DNA of 64,000 bases from Mantamonas sphyraenae STR306. Taxonomy: Eukaryota > Protista > CRuMs. The notes below the pieces were generated by a model. The model saw only the letters and a program-made list of their open reading frames with translations, was not told the DNA's origin and did not search any database. The stretch covers positions 62,001-126,000 of the forward strand of contig JAPMXV010000035.1 in assembly GCA_026936335.1 (NCBI GenBank). The letters are read 5' to 3'. The stretch's first letter is position 1, and each line of letters begins with the position of its first letter. Below are positions 45,248-58,516 of this stretch, in pieces. A program made the translations under genes and the position numbers.

Positions 45248-47707
45248 TCACGTTGTCGCTGCCATTGCTCGCTGCTGGTCCAGGGCAAACACCATGGAAC
45301 GTTCCATGTGTTCCAGAGTGCTGGCTTGCTTCATGAGGGCATACGCCTGCTGCAGTTCCTTTGTCTCGGCGGCCATTTGCGCGTCCAACTCGACCACCAC
45401 GTCTGCAAACTGCTCCACTTGGGGCACATGTGATCCCACCACGTCGCCAATACTGTTGAGCAGCGCTTGGCTACGACGCAGCTCCTTCAACAGCTCCCGG
45501 TCATTCACCTGCACGTGGCTCAGGGGCATCCGTTGTCGGTTGGCTTCCACAGCAGCACCCAGCTCGCCATAGTTTGTCAGCAGTGCCCCCAACGATTCAC
45601 CCATCAGGGCCATGTTCTCGTGCTGCACTGCACAGAATGCTTCCAGACGCGCCAGGTGGTTCTGTCGTGTGATCTGCATCCGCGTCTCCTTCAACGCCTT
45701 GCGTTCGTCTTCCAACTGGCACCACACGTCGTACAGCATCCTCTCCGCCTTGTTCTCCTCCACCGCAAACTCGCTCTGTGTCATCACGTTGACAAAACAC
45801 CATTGCAGCAGCTGGTTTCGACTCATTGTCAGCTGCTCCTCCACACTCCCACCCCGTTTCTCGCTGATCTTCTTGCTCTTTGCCTTGATCTTGCGTGGCT
45901 TCACGACGTCCGTGCTGCTGGTGTTCCCGACGCCACTCTTGCTGCTCGTGGCGCTGCTTGTGCTCGTGTTGTGACCCCTCTTCTTGCGTGTGCTCCGTGC
46001 GGGCGTTCTGGTTGTTGTGGTCCCTGTACGTCCCGTCTGCTTGCGTCCCGTGGACGGGGTCTTGTGTGCGTAGCGGTTGAACCGTGCCGAACCGTACACA
46101 GCCGCACTGACCCCGCTGCTGTCCAAGTCCACCGCCTTGGCCGGTGTCCGCTCCGCAAACGAATCCGACAACCGTTGTTCCACACTCAGCGCACTTGCAT
46201 TGTTGTTGCCGTGTCGGCTGCTGTTGCCACTACGATCCAATGCACGTGAACCTCCCGCTCGTGCCACCCCCGTTGTCCCTCCAGCCACCGCCCTGCTCTT
46301 GGCTGCACTCCGAGGTCGCTTGCGTGTGGTCGTCGACTTCTTCTTGCCCGTCGATCGCTTCTTGGCATACCGATCAAACTTCTTACCACCAGCACCACCA
46401 CCTGTCCCTGTGCCTGTGCTGTGCTTGCTACTACTCTTGCCCACAGGGGTCTTTGTTGCTGCCTTGCTGCCATTGTTGTCCCGCCTGCCCACGGCACGCT
46501 CCTGCCTCTGCATGGCTTCTCTGCGCTCCATTCGCTGTCGCTGCTCCACAGCCACTTCGATGGTGGGCGATGTGGCCACTGGCAATGCAAAGTGCTTGGA
46601 CGTGTCCACCCCCCCCGCTGAATCCGATGCAAACGAAGCCCCAATGCTCACTGCATGCCCTGGTTCCTCCCCTCGTCTTTCAATCAAGCTCTCGTCCATG
46701 TCAAACGTCACATCCACCGTACTCTCGTAGGGTGTCCTGCTCCCGAGTCCACCCCTCCATGCCAACTCGTCCTCCTCTTCCTGCACCTCCTCATCCTTCT
46801 GTCCCATCCTCGCTCTTCCATTGCCCGCAGGTGTCACTCTCGGTGTGCCTTCGCCCATGTCAAACAACCGCTTCCGCAGCTTCCGCACAGGCGAGCCGGG
46901 TGTCTTTGCCCCCTCGCCTCCTCCTCCCACGCTTCCAAACAGACTCTGACCAAACCGACGCAACACTTCATCCTCCTCATCCTCTTGATCCTCCTCCTCC
47001 CCGTTCCCATTCCCCTCCTGTCGTTGCTGTGCCTCATCACTCGCACGCTGCTCGGCCACCCGCTTGGCCAATTTCCCGCCACTCAGCGTGTGCAGGTGAT
47101 TCTGAAGAGCCGATGGGTTGGCCAGGAAGCCCGAAAAGGCATCCAATGCACTTTGTGGCCCGTCTTGTTCGTTCCCCGTGCTCTTGCTTCCTCCCATGAA
47201 GCTGCCCTCGCTGCCAAACGAGTTGTCCACACGGCCCTCCTTCGACGCCTCTGCATGCCCGATGCTCGACATGCTGCTGTCCCGCGATGCCACAAACGCC
47301 TTGTCCACCGTACGGTCTGTATCGAATCGCCCCACGCCGTTCGTTTCCACCCCAGTGTCAGTGCCTATTGGGCCCCGCCGTCCCAGGATCTTGGGAAATT
47401 TGGCGCGCCAAACTCACCCGAGCGTGCAGACGTCCCGCTCGTGTCCACCGATCTGTTAGGTGTCATGCCATCGCATCATGTGCATGCGTGGGTGGTGTGG
47501 AGATGGCCACATGTCCAAGAGGTGTCAGTGTATGCCTCCCATGCAGCCTTCCGGACGCCGAAAAGGGCAAACGCACTGGGAGAACGAGCGGGCAAACGCT
47601 GCTGCCGCAGGTGAGACCCCTTCCAATGCCAATTTTTGGGCAGGAGTGACAGGTTGCACAGGTCTGGCGCTCACAAAGCCCCTTTTACTCTTTGCAGGGG
47701 TGGACAT
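45248..47707 (-). CDS. QWRF/HAUS8 (augmin subunit 8)-like protein
   Basis: Basic disordered N-terminal half, then NQLLQWCFVN...KAERMLYDVW and coiled coil; 5' exon structure uncertain. Confidence 0.65.
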
Positions 47708-47763
47708 GGACGCACACGGCCGTGTTAGGGAATTTGTTTGGCTCGCCTCGAGCTCCCACTCCC

Positions 47764-50295
47764 TCAACCCGACTCCTCAAGCAATTGCTTGACCGAACGG
47801 GACACCCAATGGGCCAAACTCATGGTGGTCATCATGGGATTGACACCCGAGGCTGACGGGAACAGGGATGCATCGGCCACAAAGAGGTTGTCATAGCCCC
47901 ACACGCGTCCGTGGACGTCTGTGACGGAGGTGTCAGGATTGCTGCCCATGCGACAGGTGCCCATCTGGTGGGCGGAAAACAGCACGCTCTTGTTCTCTGA
48001 CACGCCACGGCTGGCCATCTCGTCCAAGAAGGCCTTGAAGGCGTCCGACTGGATGACCTCGTCACGGGGCACACCCGAGGGCACATCAAAGGGAGCCTGG
48101 CGCGAGCCAAGACGCACTGAAGTGGCGCCTGCCATAACCAGGATCTTGGCGGCCTCCTGCATGCCTTTGATCATGTGTGCCTCGTCAAACTGGCTGATGG
48201 CATAGTCGACCTTGACCTTGCCCTCGTCGTCATGGTACACACGTCCGGTGTCCCTGTCACGCACCAGCGGGATGACCAGACTGACGTTGCGTGCGTTGAG
48301 CAGCAGGTCTTTGGTCTCCCGTCCGCCTGTCCAGGGAACGGCAGAGGTGAGGAGGCCCGGATGCACGACGGGAGTTTCCAGCTTGATGCCATGGTGCTTG
48401 CCATCCATGTCCGCAAACTGGTTGCTGACAATGGTCATGGGCACACCCTTCCACCCACACATCTCCTTGTCAAAGAAGCCCAACACACCGGTGGTCGGGT
48501 GCAGGTGCAGGTGACGTCCCACGTTGGGGTTCGCCACGCCGCTGCGACGCAACACCTGCGGCGAGTGGAAGGAACTGGCAGCAACCACCACCGCACGTGC
48601 ACGCACAAACAGATTGCCCACACTACTGGCCAACTGTTCGTTCGTCGCCTTGCGTTCCTCGTAGCTTGCGTTGTAATCCACCAACGGCGTGCTGCCATCT
48701 TTGTTCAGGCGGAACAGACGCGCATGCACACCCCATGCCCTACGCTGTCCATCCTTGCCACTCGCACCCTCCTTCTCCTCTTCAGGACTCATCTCGATGC
48801 GATCGACACGTGCACCCACCACAATGTGTGCGCCGTGGTCGTGGGCATCCTGCAGGTACGTGCGCATGGTGCCCTGCTTGCTTCCAGTCTTGCAACCAAA
48901 GGTGCAGAAGGAACACAGGCCTGCGTCGCAATGGGTTGTGTTGCGTGCAATCACGCTGTACTCGTACTCCAGGGCCTCGCAGCCTGTGGCAAGGGCCTGA
49001 TCCATGGCGTTGTGATCCTTGCCATTGTCTGTGCTCGCATTCACCCTCTTCCACACCGCCTCCACAGACTCTGCAAACTCCTGGCTCTTGAGTGCCTCCA
49101 AGCCATGTTCCTGGGCCCATTCCTCCAGCAGCCACTGGGGTGGACGGAACGAGGCACTCCAGTTGACGGTTGTGCCTCCACCCAGCGTGGAACCCGACAG
49201 AGTGGAGATGGCGATGTCATCTGTGCTCACCACCCCCTTTCCCTCGTACAGTGACGCATAGCCACGGTATTCGTCCTGCACAAACGTCTCCTCTGTGTTG
49301 TAGCCCCCCTTCTCCAACACCACCACCTTGTACCCTGCCTTGGCCAGCTCTCCGGCCACCACACCACCCCCTGCACCGGAACCCCACCACCACCACATCA
49401 CACTCCATTTCTTGTCCTCCTCCTGCGGCTCCTGTGCGCTGTGCACCTCCAGACCCGGTTTGGGGATGCTTTCTTGGTTCACCTCCACCTGCGTGTGGCC
49501 AACGGTGGCCAGCAGTGGATTGGCTGCCTCCTTGTTCTTTGCATCACATCCACTCATAAACATAAACGCAGAAAGGCGGTACACAGACGCTCCAGCCTGG
49601 CGCAGCTTGTGTACGCTGGAGTCCAGAAGGCTAGCAAAGAACGTCTCCCTTTGTGCACTCGTCAGCACCTGCAGTGGACGCATAAACTTGCCCATCGACA
49701 GAGCTGTCATTCCTACGCTTGTTGCTGCCAGAGTGTGTTTTGGGGGGGGGGGTGTTGGGCAGGGATAACGGAGCACGCGGAAACGGGTGAGCGATTTCGG
49801 GAGGAAAGCAAGCGAAAGGGCTCCCACACGCCCCTACGCACGGTACACGTACACATGAGGGCCACAAGGGAGCGAAACTCGTAGGCCTGCTTCTTGTCCT
49901 TCTCGCACTTGAGGAATTCGGCGATGCGCTGAGGCACATCGTTGTCGCTGGCGCTGGTTTTGTAAAAGGCAATCGTGGCTGGGGGTGTCGTGGTGAGCGC
50001 AGAGAAACAAGCAAGGGAAACGGTGGAAAGCGTGGTGTGGTGAACATGGGACGAAAACGACGGTGTGTTGTGGAGACTGTGTGTGTGTAGGGGGAGGGGG
50101 GATACGCATACCCTTGTCGGTGACGCCTTCCGGCGGAGAAACGCTGGGGAAGAGCGTGTCGACGGCACAGATGAGGGTTGCATACTGTCGGTCGGTGAAA
50201 AAGTCAAAGGGATCGTTGTGGGTGGGACCCTGGAAACCCTGGTAGAGATCCCAGGCCACAAACAGAACAATGGCAACAACGATGATTGCAAACAT
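47764..50295 (-). CDS. FAO: Long-chain fatty alcohol oxidase (GMC oxidoreductase) with N-terminal membrane anchor
   Basis: GSGAGGGVVA, GSTLGGGTTVNWSASFR, CTFGC, NVGRHLHLHP, FSAHQMGTCRMG, DASLFPSASGVNPM; two 5' introns. Confidence 0.92.
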
Positions 50296-50460
50296 CGGGC
50301 GTGCGCTTCGTTTGCTGCCGACGGCGCCGTGTTTGCACGCCTTCATTGCATGGCCCATGAGAGGTGGAGGTGGAGATGGAGATACACAGACCACCCAGAA
50401 GGAATCAATCAGCCACATGTGCACCATTGCTGCCAAACCATCATCCCCACAAAAGCAGCA

Positions 50461-52510
50461 ATGAGCGGCGTTGCTGAGATCCCGACGGACGGAGCCGTGA
50501 TGACCACCATGTCGCAGCTGGTGGTGGCAGCGGAGCAGTATGATGCAGTCAAGATTGAGCACTTTGTCCTCTTGGCTCTCATTGTGTTCAACCTTGTTCG
50601 CTGTGTGCGCAGTACGTGGTTTTGCTCTCGTTCCCGCCAAAATTCGCTCGCTCGTGCCACAGTCCCGCTTGCCCCGCTCACACACCACACTCGTCCTCCC
50701 TTTTGCTCCACACTGCAGACTTCTCCATGAAGGGGTTTGCACGCTCCATCCCGTTTGCCGGACGCATCATCGACAGGTGAGGAGGAGCCAGGCACACAAA
50801 GGCCTCATTGCGTCTTACACACGAAACGCACTCGCTGACACACTTGAGACGCCCCCACAGCGTGCTGTCGAAGGAAATCGACGGCTTTCTGGAGGACAAC
50901 TTTGGCGAGGCTGAGAAGCTGCGCGAACGCGTGGGACTTCCCGATCAAGGGTCAGTTGCATAGTTGCCGACGGGGAGCGGGAAGAGGCAAGAGAGGGTGG
51001 GAGGCGTGCACCGGCTGACATGGAGAACGCGGACGATTGCAGAGAGGCCTACGGGGAGATTTTGGAGGAGATGCGTGCCATGCACGACGAGGATTGGGAC
51101 TGCACAACTGGCAAGACCTTTGCATTTGTGTACACGACGACTGTGCCCGAGGTGAGCGAATGGGAGAAGGGCAACGCGCGAGGGCTAATTTCCATGGCGG
51201 GAAAAGAGAACATCCAACACCGCGAGGGCATCCGCTCACCCCACCTACGCACACACACACACACACACACACACGCACATCACCCGACTGGTCCTGCGAT
51301 GTGACAGCACCACGAGTTTGTGAAGCAGGCACACAACATGTTTATGGACGAGAACGGGCTGAACCCGATGGCGTTCCCGAGCCTGCGTCGTTTCGAGAAC
51401 GAGGTGGTGTCCATGACGATCGACTTTATGCGAGGAGGCCCCGAAGTGGTGGGCAACATGACGTCGGGTGGCACAGAGTCCATTCTGCTGGCCATCAAGA
51501 CGTACCGTGACCGTGCGCGTGCGTTGTACCCGCACATTGTGGCCCCGGAGATTGTCATGCCCTGCACGGCCCACGTGGCGTTTGACAAGGCAGGCAAGTA
51601 CTTTGATGTGAAGATCAACCATGTGCCGATCAAGGAGGACGGCAGCTACGAGGTGGACATGGATGCGTACCGCAAGGCAATCAACAAGAACACGATCCTG
51701 CTGGTGGGCTCTGCGCCGTCGTACCCGTGGGGAGTGTTGGACCCCATTGGCATGATCTCTGCCCTTGGACAGCAACACAACCTGCCTGTGCATGTGGATG
51801 CATGCATTGGTGGCTTCATGCTGCCCTTTGTCCGCGAGGCAGGATACCCTGTGGGTGAGTTTGATTTCACCCTTCCGGGTGTCACCTCCATGAGTGCCGA
51901 TGTCCACAAGTATGGCTATGCTCCCAAGGGGGCCTCTGTCATCATGTACCGTGGTGCATCTCTGCGCAAGTTCCAGTTCACCACGTACTCCGAGTGGGGC
52001 GGCGGTTTGTACGCCTCCCCCACCATTGCCGGCACGCGACCCGGAGGCCCCATGGCCGGTGCCTGGGCGTCCATGCGTGCCATGGGCCGTGAAGGATACA
52101 CGCAACTGGCGGAACTGTGCATGGAGACGGCGGAGTATGTGCGCAAGCGAGTGCGTGGGGAGATCAAGGAACTGGAGATTGTGGGCAAGCCCGTGATGAC
52201 ACTGCTGGCCATCAAGTCCCGTGATGCCAAGGTCAACATCTACGCTGTGGCTGATGTGATGGAACAGAACGGATGGCACATGGAACGCCAGCAGTTCCCC
52301 GATTGCATCCACATGACCATCATGGCCCCGCATGCACAGGTGGCCGAGGAGTTGGTGGACGACCTGGCTGCGGCCGTGCAGGAGGTCAAGCGACGACCGG
52401 AACTGGCCCAGGAGGGATCGGCTGCCATGTATGGTTACGTGGGCAAGATCCCCGACCAGGCGGTTGTGGACGACTTTCTCACTGGCATCCTGGACAAGCT
52501 GTACAACTGA
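50461..52510 (+). CDS. SGPL1: Sphingosine-1-phosphate lyase (PLP-dependent)
   Basis: N-terminal TM; GKTFAFVY; NGLNPMAFPSLRRFENEVV; TSGGTESI; HVDACIGG; SMSADVHKYGYAPKG; GTRPG; about 4 introns in the 5' part. Confidence 0.92.
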
Positions 52511-52537
52511 GCAGTGGTGTGTCATGGAGCATCAGGT

Positions 52538-52538
<1 letters not shown>

Positions 52539-52568
<30 letters not shown>
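52539..52568 (+). repeat. (TGAGGG)x5 telomere-variant-like tandem repeat
   Basis: Five perfect hexamers about 30 bp after the S1P lyase stop. Confidence 0.9.
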
Positions 52569-52571
<3 letters not shown>

Positions 52572-52654
52572 GTGCAACAAACAAACCAGGGATTGCGCAG
52601 GGTTGGGCGTTGGGCAAGGCAAGACAAGAGCGTGCAGGGCTGTGGCATGTTTTC

Positions 52655-53146
52655 ATGGCCGAACAGAGGCACTGGGTTGCAAGTGAGCAGGAGCACAGAT
52701 GGGGGTGAAGCCACACGCAGCCGTGATGAGAAGCCAAAGGTAGGGAAGAAGGCGCTGGGGGTTGGGTGAGTGCTTGGAGACTGATCAGGAACCCTTTTGT
52801 TGCACAGCGGCTGGTGGCGACGTACGACACACGTGTGCCAAGGGGACAGTATGTCCATGGGGACGATTGCAAGACATTGTTGGAGATGCTGAGCGAGGAG
52901 ATGCAGGAGTCGGAGCATGGCCAGGGAGAGGTCGCAGAGTTGAGCCAACGCAAGCGGGATGCTGAAGAAGCGTTGACACAAGCGGAAAGCACGCAGACAA
53001 GCAACCACACGACGACACACACACACACGATGGACACACACAGCAGTAGCAGCAGTAGCAGCAGCAGCAGCAGTAGTAGTAGCAGTAGCAGCAGTGGGGT
53101 GGTTGAACTGGTGGCCAAGAGCAAACGACAACGCGTGGAAAGGTGA
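52655..53146 (+). CDS. Small hypothetical protein, probably spliced
   Basis: Coding-like last exon NPFVAQRLVATYDTRVPRGQYVHGDDCKTLLEMLSEEM...; possible ATG 52655 with GTGAGC and GTAGGG donors. Confidence 0.4.
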
Positions 53147-53265
53147 AGAGGGCATGCTTTCATGCAGGGAGCCCCTCGATGGGAAACAAACAGAGGGAAA
53201 GCGAGAAGAGAGGGGGGAGGAAGCGGGGTGGGAATATACGATGGTGTGTTGCTCATGGGTATTTA

Positions 53266-54052
53266 TTAATACAGGGCGGCTTGGACAACCTGGACAAAGA
53301 CAAAGGCCTGCTCAGCCATGTCGAGACGCTTAACGATGAACTCGGGAAGGGTGATGGACCGTGTTTGCAATGCCCACTTGTCCAGACACAAGTCCAGACT
53401 GGGTTGGTGTTCACCACGGTCGGGAAAGAGAGCAATGATCAACACGTCCGGGTTGAGCTTCAGCAGCAAGCTCACCGTAAAGAAAAAGTCGTCGTACACT
53501 GTGAACCACACACATGAGGAAAGGGGGGAAGGGGGGAGGGAGGGCAGAGTGAGTGAGTGGATACGTATTGCATCACAAGGGGGTTGTTGTGTGGGAGACA
53601 CACGTACACAGGGTGTCAAAGAGACAATCAGCAGCAAGGACGACGTCTGGGACATCCCATTCGTCCAAAAGGGCCTTGGAAGCCTTGCCCCACTCCAGTA
53701 CATGGGATGTGCATGTATCTGGGTTTGCAAAGAGACCCGCATTCTGCTGGAGGTTGAGTTGCAGGTGCTTCTGCACCGCCTGGTCGTCTCTGTCGGTGGC
53801 ACGTACGCTGGCAGCCCCCAACATAGCACAAATGATGGAGGGCAAGCCTATGCCAGCACCCAATTCAAGCACATGGAACCCTGTGATGAGGAACGGGTGG
53901 TCTTGGAACAGCCAGGCTGCCAGCACCAACCCGGCTGGCCACAGGTGCATGGATTGACCCAAGGATGTGTCGATGCCCTCCAACAACTCCACCCCATCCT
54001 GTGTGTACTCCTCCATCTGAGGGAAGACGATGGTTTTCGTGCGAGTGCTCAT
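53266..54052 (-). CDS. METTL23: METTL23-like protein methyltransferase (family 16)
   Basis: HLWPAGLVLAAWL, VLELGAGIGLPSI, RATD, LEWG, VLAADCLFD; one intron about 53607-53500. Confidence 0.8.
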
Positions 54053-54085
54053 CCAACCGAACTTCGTTGTCGCCTCCCCAGAGAG

Positions 54086-55389
54086 ATGTTGCGTCCGGCT
54101 GTCCTGGTCCTGATTGGCTTTGCCGCAGGTGCGCTGCTCATTTCCATGATCTCCACGGTGGAGAATCACACAGGAGAGGTTGTTAAAGAGGTGGTTGTTG
54201 AACGGGACCCATCGTTGACCTGTCCCAAGTGCCACAGTTGTCCTCCCTGTCCAGGCAGCAGCGGCAGCAGCAAACATCATCATCAGCAGCAGCACGAGGA
54301 CAAGAAGGACCGACCCACCGACGCAGAGGACATCCATCACATCCATGGCACCCTTCCTGCCTCATGGGTGGCCGATGAGGACAAACAACTCGACGACGGC
54401 ACCCATCCTTCTCAGAAGTTTGACCCAGCCAACGACATGATCACACGCGTCATGCATGAACTCACCACTCCTTACGAACACATCATTGAGTTTAGTACGT
54501 GTTCCCACACTCTCTCCGTTTATGTCCGGTGTGTGCCTTGGCCTGTGTGTGTGTGTGTGTGTGCACGTCGGCACGCTGCCGCGCACACCCCAGGGGCAAT
54601 CGAGCTCGCCAGACACGGACACAGCACGGGAAACGACTGACACCCGAGGATGACACACAGATGGAGGCATGGGCTCGCGTGTGCAGCACCTTTGCACCAC
54701 GTTCAAGTGCTCGCTGGCCGTGAACGTGGACCCGTCGGCGAAAGGTGTGTTTGGGAAAGGAAAATGCGAGTGACAGCCGACAAAGCGGCTGCTGCTGACA
54801 CACAGAGACACTATGTCCACCCACACATCACACACACGCATAGCACTGGCTGCTTCTCACTCGCTCCATGCAGATGTCAAGACGCTGCAGGGCACAGTGG
54901 ACGACATGGACCCAGAGTTCGAGCAGTGGAAGGGCACCTTTGATGCCGTGGTCCTGCACAACGTCCTGGACACCATTCCACGCGATCGCCTCTTTCGAGC
55001 CCTCTCCAACATCTGGGACGTAGGTTGGCCAATGAGGAGGAGTGTGTGTGACTGTGTGTGGCGACAGCGCTCGCACCGATCGCTGACCCGGAACCCCAAC
55101 ACAGCTGCTGAAGCCCAACGGCCGTGTGGTCATGTACCAACGCGCCCCATTCCTCCACTGCTGGGGAAAGAGCGTGGTTGCAGGCGCCGAGCAGAGTGTC
55201 ATCGACTACCCAGAGATGTTCATTGCCACGGGCATGTACCACATGCTCGTCGACCAGATCATTCAGCCTGCCACAGGCCAGATCTACATGGAAGGGATCA
55301 CAAAGCCCAACAACAACCTTGGACGCCTCGCCATCATCCAAAAAGGAGCCGAGCACCTTCGCAGCGAGCCATGGAAGCACTACGGCTGA
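54086..55389 (+). CDS. Signal-anchored class I SAM-methyltransferase-like protein (paralog 1)
   Basis: N-terminal TM AVLVLIGFAAGALLISMI, stem, then GTFDAVVLHNVLDTIP...ALSNIWD|LLKPNGRVVMY; several introns. Confidence 0.65.
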
Positions 55390-55398
55390 CTTGCTGCG

Positions 55399-55468
55399 TA
55401 AATTTTGATTCACATAGAAATCGATGATATGCCACGCTAGGTATGATTTGTGCTTGAATCAAAATTTA
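55399..55468. repeat. AT-rich 14-bp perfect inverted repeat with 42-nt spacer between convergent genes
   Basis: TAAATTTTGATTCA (55399-55412) and TGAATCAAAATTTA (55455-55468). Confidence 0.85.
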
Positions 55469-55478
55469 ATGGTCCATT

Positions 55479-58422
55479 TCAACACCTCTCGAAAATCTTG
55501 TACAGTTTGTGCAGGTCAGCCACTTGTGTGAAGGTGCCGTCGGTAGCCAGAGTTTTGCCAGGAAGAAGGCTCTTGCGCATGCCTGGGAACAGGACATGCT
55601 TGAGAATGTGGCGGTAGTGACCCGGTTGGGCTTGCTGCGCCATGTCGTTGCTTGAGCGAGGCTTGTCTGCCTCCGTCTCACCGATGGCCAGCTGCTCGGC
55701 TGCCAACGGGGTGCCTGTTTCACTCGCATCCATGGGCAGGAGCGCATAAAAGCGAGCAATGGCCTGGAGCAGTGTGTGGAAGCAGGCCTGCTCCTCATTC
55801 CACTCCACGGTGGTCGCCATCCAGAAGAGCAGCTGCGGCAGATAGTCCATGCAAGGCACGTAGCCGTCCAGGATCTCTGGCAGCGACGTCAGCATGCCGT
55901 GTTCGTTGATGCCAATGGACAAGTAGTCGTCCAACATCGGGGCTCGCTCTATCAGCAGCTGCCGAACGCTGGTCACAAACTCCTCCTTGTCACCGTTCTG
56001 CGCATCGTCCCAGGCATTTACAGGCGCACTCAGAGCCAACCGCAACAGTCTGTCGACAGCCACAGGCGGCTCGATGGCGATGCTGCCAAAGTTCTGCCAC
56101 TTCTGCAGACCCAGTTGGTAGAACAGGGCCCTGCTCAACTCGCCAGCATCCACCACAAACAGGCGTGTTTGGTGTTGCAGCAACACATTGCGCCTGTCCG
56201 CGGCGCCCACGTACACATGGCCGTCAATCACCTCGCACAGATCCTTGTGTGCGTTGCTTTCCACACCACTGATCAGGTTGTGGATGCTTGTCAGGTACAC
56301 CGGTCGTACCTTGCGCTTTTTCTTTGCAGGCTCACTTGTCGATCCTGATCCTGTCGTCTGGGACGTCGTCGATGCCTCAGGTTGGGGCGTTGGAAGCGGT
56401 GGAGCAGGAGACGACGACGAAGATGATGACGACGACGTTGATGATGACACCAGTGGATCGGCTGCTGCAAACGCGGCCATGGTAGGAGGAGCAGTCGAAG
56501 AGGCCGTAGTGGTGGTGGTGCTGGATCCGATCTGCGTCTCAACGTCCATGTGTCTCTCTGCGTCGCCCTGCACGGCGTCGGCAGAGTCCAGTCCATCGTC
56601 CACGTCGTTTGGACCCACCGCCTGTGCGACCATGTCCTCTGTCGGGTCATGCCGTTGGATGGCCTCCTGTCCAGCGACTGTGTCGCGAGGGGCAGGGAAC
56701 AGCGACACAAAGGTGTCTTCATCGTCCTGCGTGCTCTCATTGTCGTTCTCCCCATCCTGCTCTTCCCTGCCTCGTTTCCGAGATGCCTGTGACACAGATG
56801 CATCACTAGCAATGCTTTCTTCGTCGGCTGTGCCGTTTCTCTCTGTGGCTGACGCTGCGTGTGTGTCCTGCACTTCCATGGATGGCTCCCCAATGGTGTC
56901 TGTGTGTGTGGGCACCGAACGCACATACTTTTCCATGTCTCCATGCTGCTGCCCAGCGTGCGTGCGCACCATGTTGTACTCTTGCACACGCTTTGCAGGC
57001 TGTCCGCTTGACGATGCCTGGCTGCTGGTCGCCTCCACGTCCATACCCGCCGCCGCTACGCCAGATCCGTCGCCCTGTGGGCCATGCTGCAGACTGGGCA
57101 CATACTTGTTGATTGCACTCTGTGTGTAGTATGTCCTGCTGTCGTTGGAGCCCAGCAACTTGTCCTGCAGGGCGTCCTGGATGTGTTCGATGATGGCGTC
57201 CTGGTGTAGGAAGTGCACCTCGCGCTTGGTGGGATGCACGTTGACATCCACGTTCTCTGCTGGCAGCTGCAGGTCCAGGTAGGCAAAGGGGTGTGTGTTT
57301 TTGGGCAGGTACTGAGTGTACACGGCGTGGACGGCCTTCTTCAGCGCCCCACAGTCCACCAGCCGGTTGTTGATGAAGAGGATGAACTGGCTCTTCTTCA
57401 CACTGTAGTTGGCTTTGGACACATAGCCCTTGAGGGTGTACGGACTCATGTCCCGCTTGTTGGTTGCGCTTTCGCCACACTCAAACTCCAGCAGCTCTCG
57501 TGCCACCTGGATGGTGTATGCCGCACGTATGTTGTCCAATACAGACGCCCCCGGGTTGGTGTGCACGTCGCTCGATGTCTTGCCTGCCTTTTTCAGGGTG
57601 AAGCTGACCCCTGCGTAGCGGATGGAGTACTTGTTCATCACGTCCAGGATGCGGTTGTATTCGTCTGCTGCACTTCGGAACGCACGCAGACGTGTCTGGT
57701 TGTTGTAAAACAGGTCTTCCACGGTGATGGTGGTGCCTGTGAGTCCTGCACACGCTTTGGGTTCCTCCAGCAGCTTCGACGCGTCGTACGACGCCCTGTG
57801 ACGCCCTATGGTGTCAGACTGAGAACGGGGGAAAGGAGGGGCAGGAGAGACGTACCTGTATGCACATGTTTGTTCTGCTGTCTTGCTGACAATGGTCACA
57901 TGGGCCACGTGTGTGATGCTGGCCAGGGCTTCGCCACGGAAGCCAAAGGTGGCGAGCTTACCCAAGTCGTCGTACTCGCGCAGTTTCGACGTGGTGAACC
58001 GCTCGCACACCACAGGCAGATCGCCGTGCTGTGGTTTCACGTGTGTGGTTGGTGTGTTGGATACCAGCGTGTCCATAGAGCGTGTATGGGCAACGGGGAA
58101 AAGTGAGTGATCGCTGCAGGGAACCTGATCAGGAACAGCACAACCCTCCCCTCCCCTTCCCCCCTTGCCTCTTTGCACTTACATCAATTCCATGGCCGTT
58201 GTCCTGAATCTGCAACATCTTGAGGCCTCCCGACTTGACGGTGACGGTGATGGAGGTTGCACCAGCGTCCAGGGAGTTTTCGAGCATCTCCTTGAGGGCC
58301 GAGGCTGGGCGCACAATGACTTCGCCAGCAGCCACGCGGTTGATCACCTCCTGTTCCAACTTGCGGATGCGCCTTGGAGCAGGGTTCTCGGAGGCATCTG
58401 TCCCGTCGGCGGTGCTACTCAT
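55479..58422 (-). CDS. MLH1: DNA mismatch repair protein MLH1
   Basis: [60 protein letters not shown], invariant C-terminal LYKIFERC*; two introns near the 5' end. Confidence 0.98.
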
Positions 58423-58516
58423 TGGGTTGGCAGCAGCTGGTGGTGGTGATGTGTGTTGTGTTGTTCGGGTGTGCGGCGGCAGCGCGGGAGCACACAGGTC
58501 AAGGACAGCACGCAAG

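Noticed and set aside
55420-55450. Possible SECIS element (ATGA...GA) after a TGA stop
   Set aside because: Upper helix is only about 5 bp, there is no apical AA, and the upstream protein has no redox motif at the TGA.
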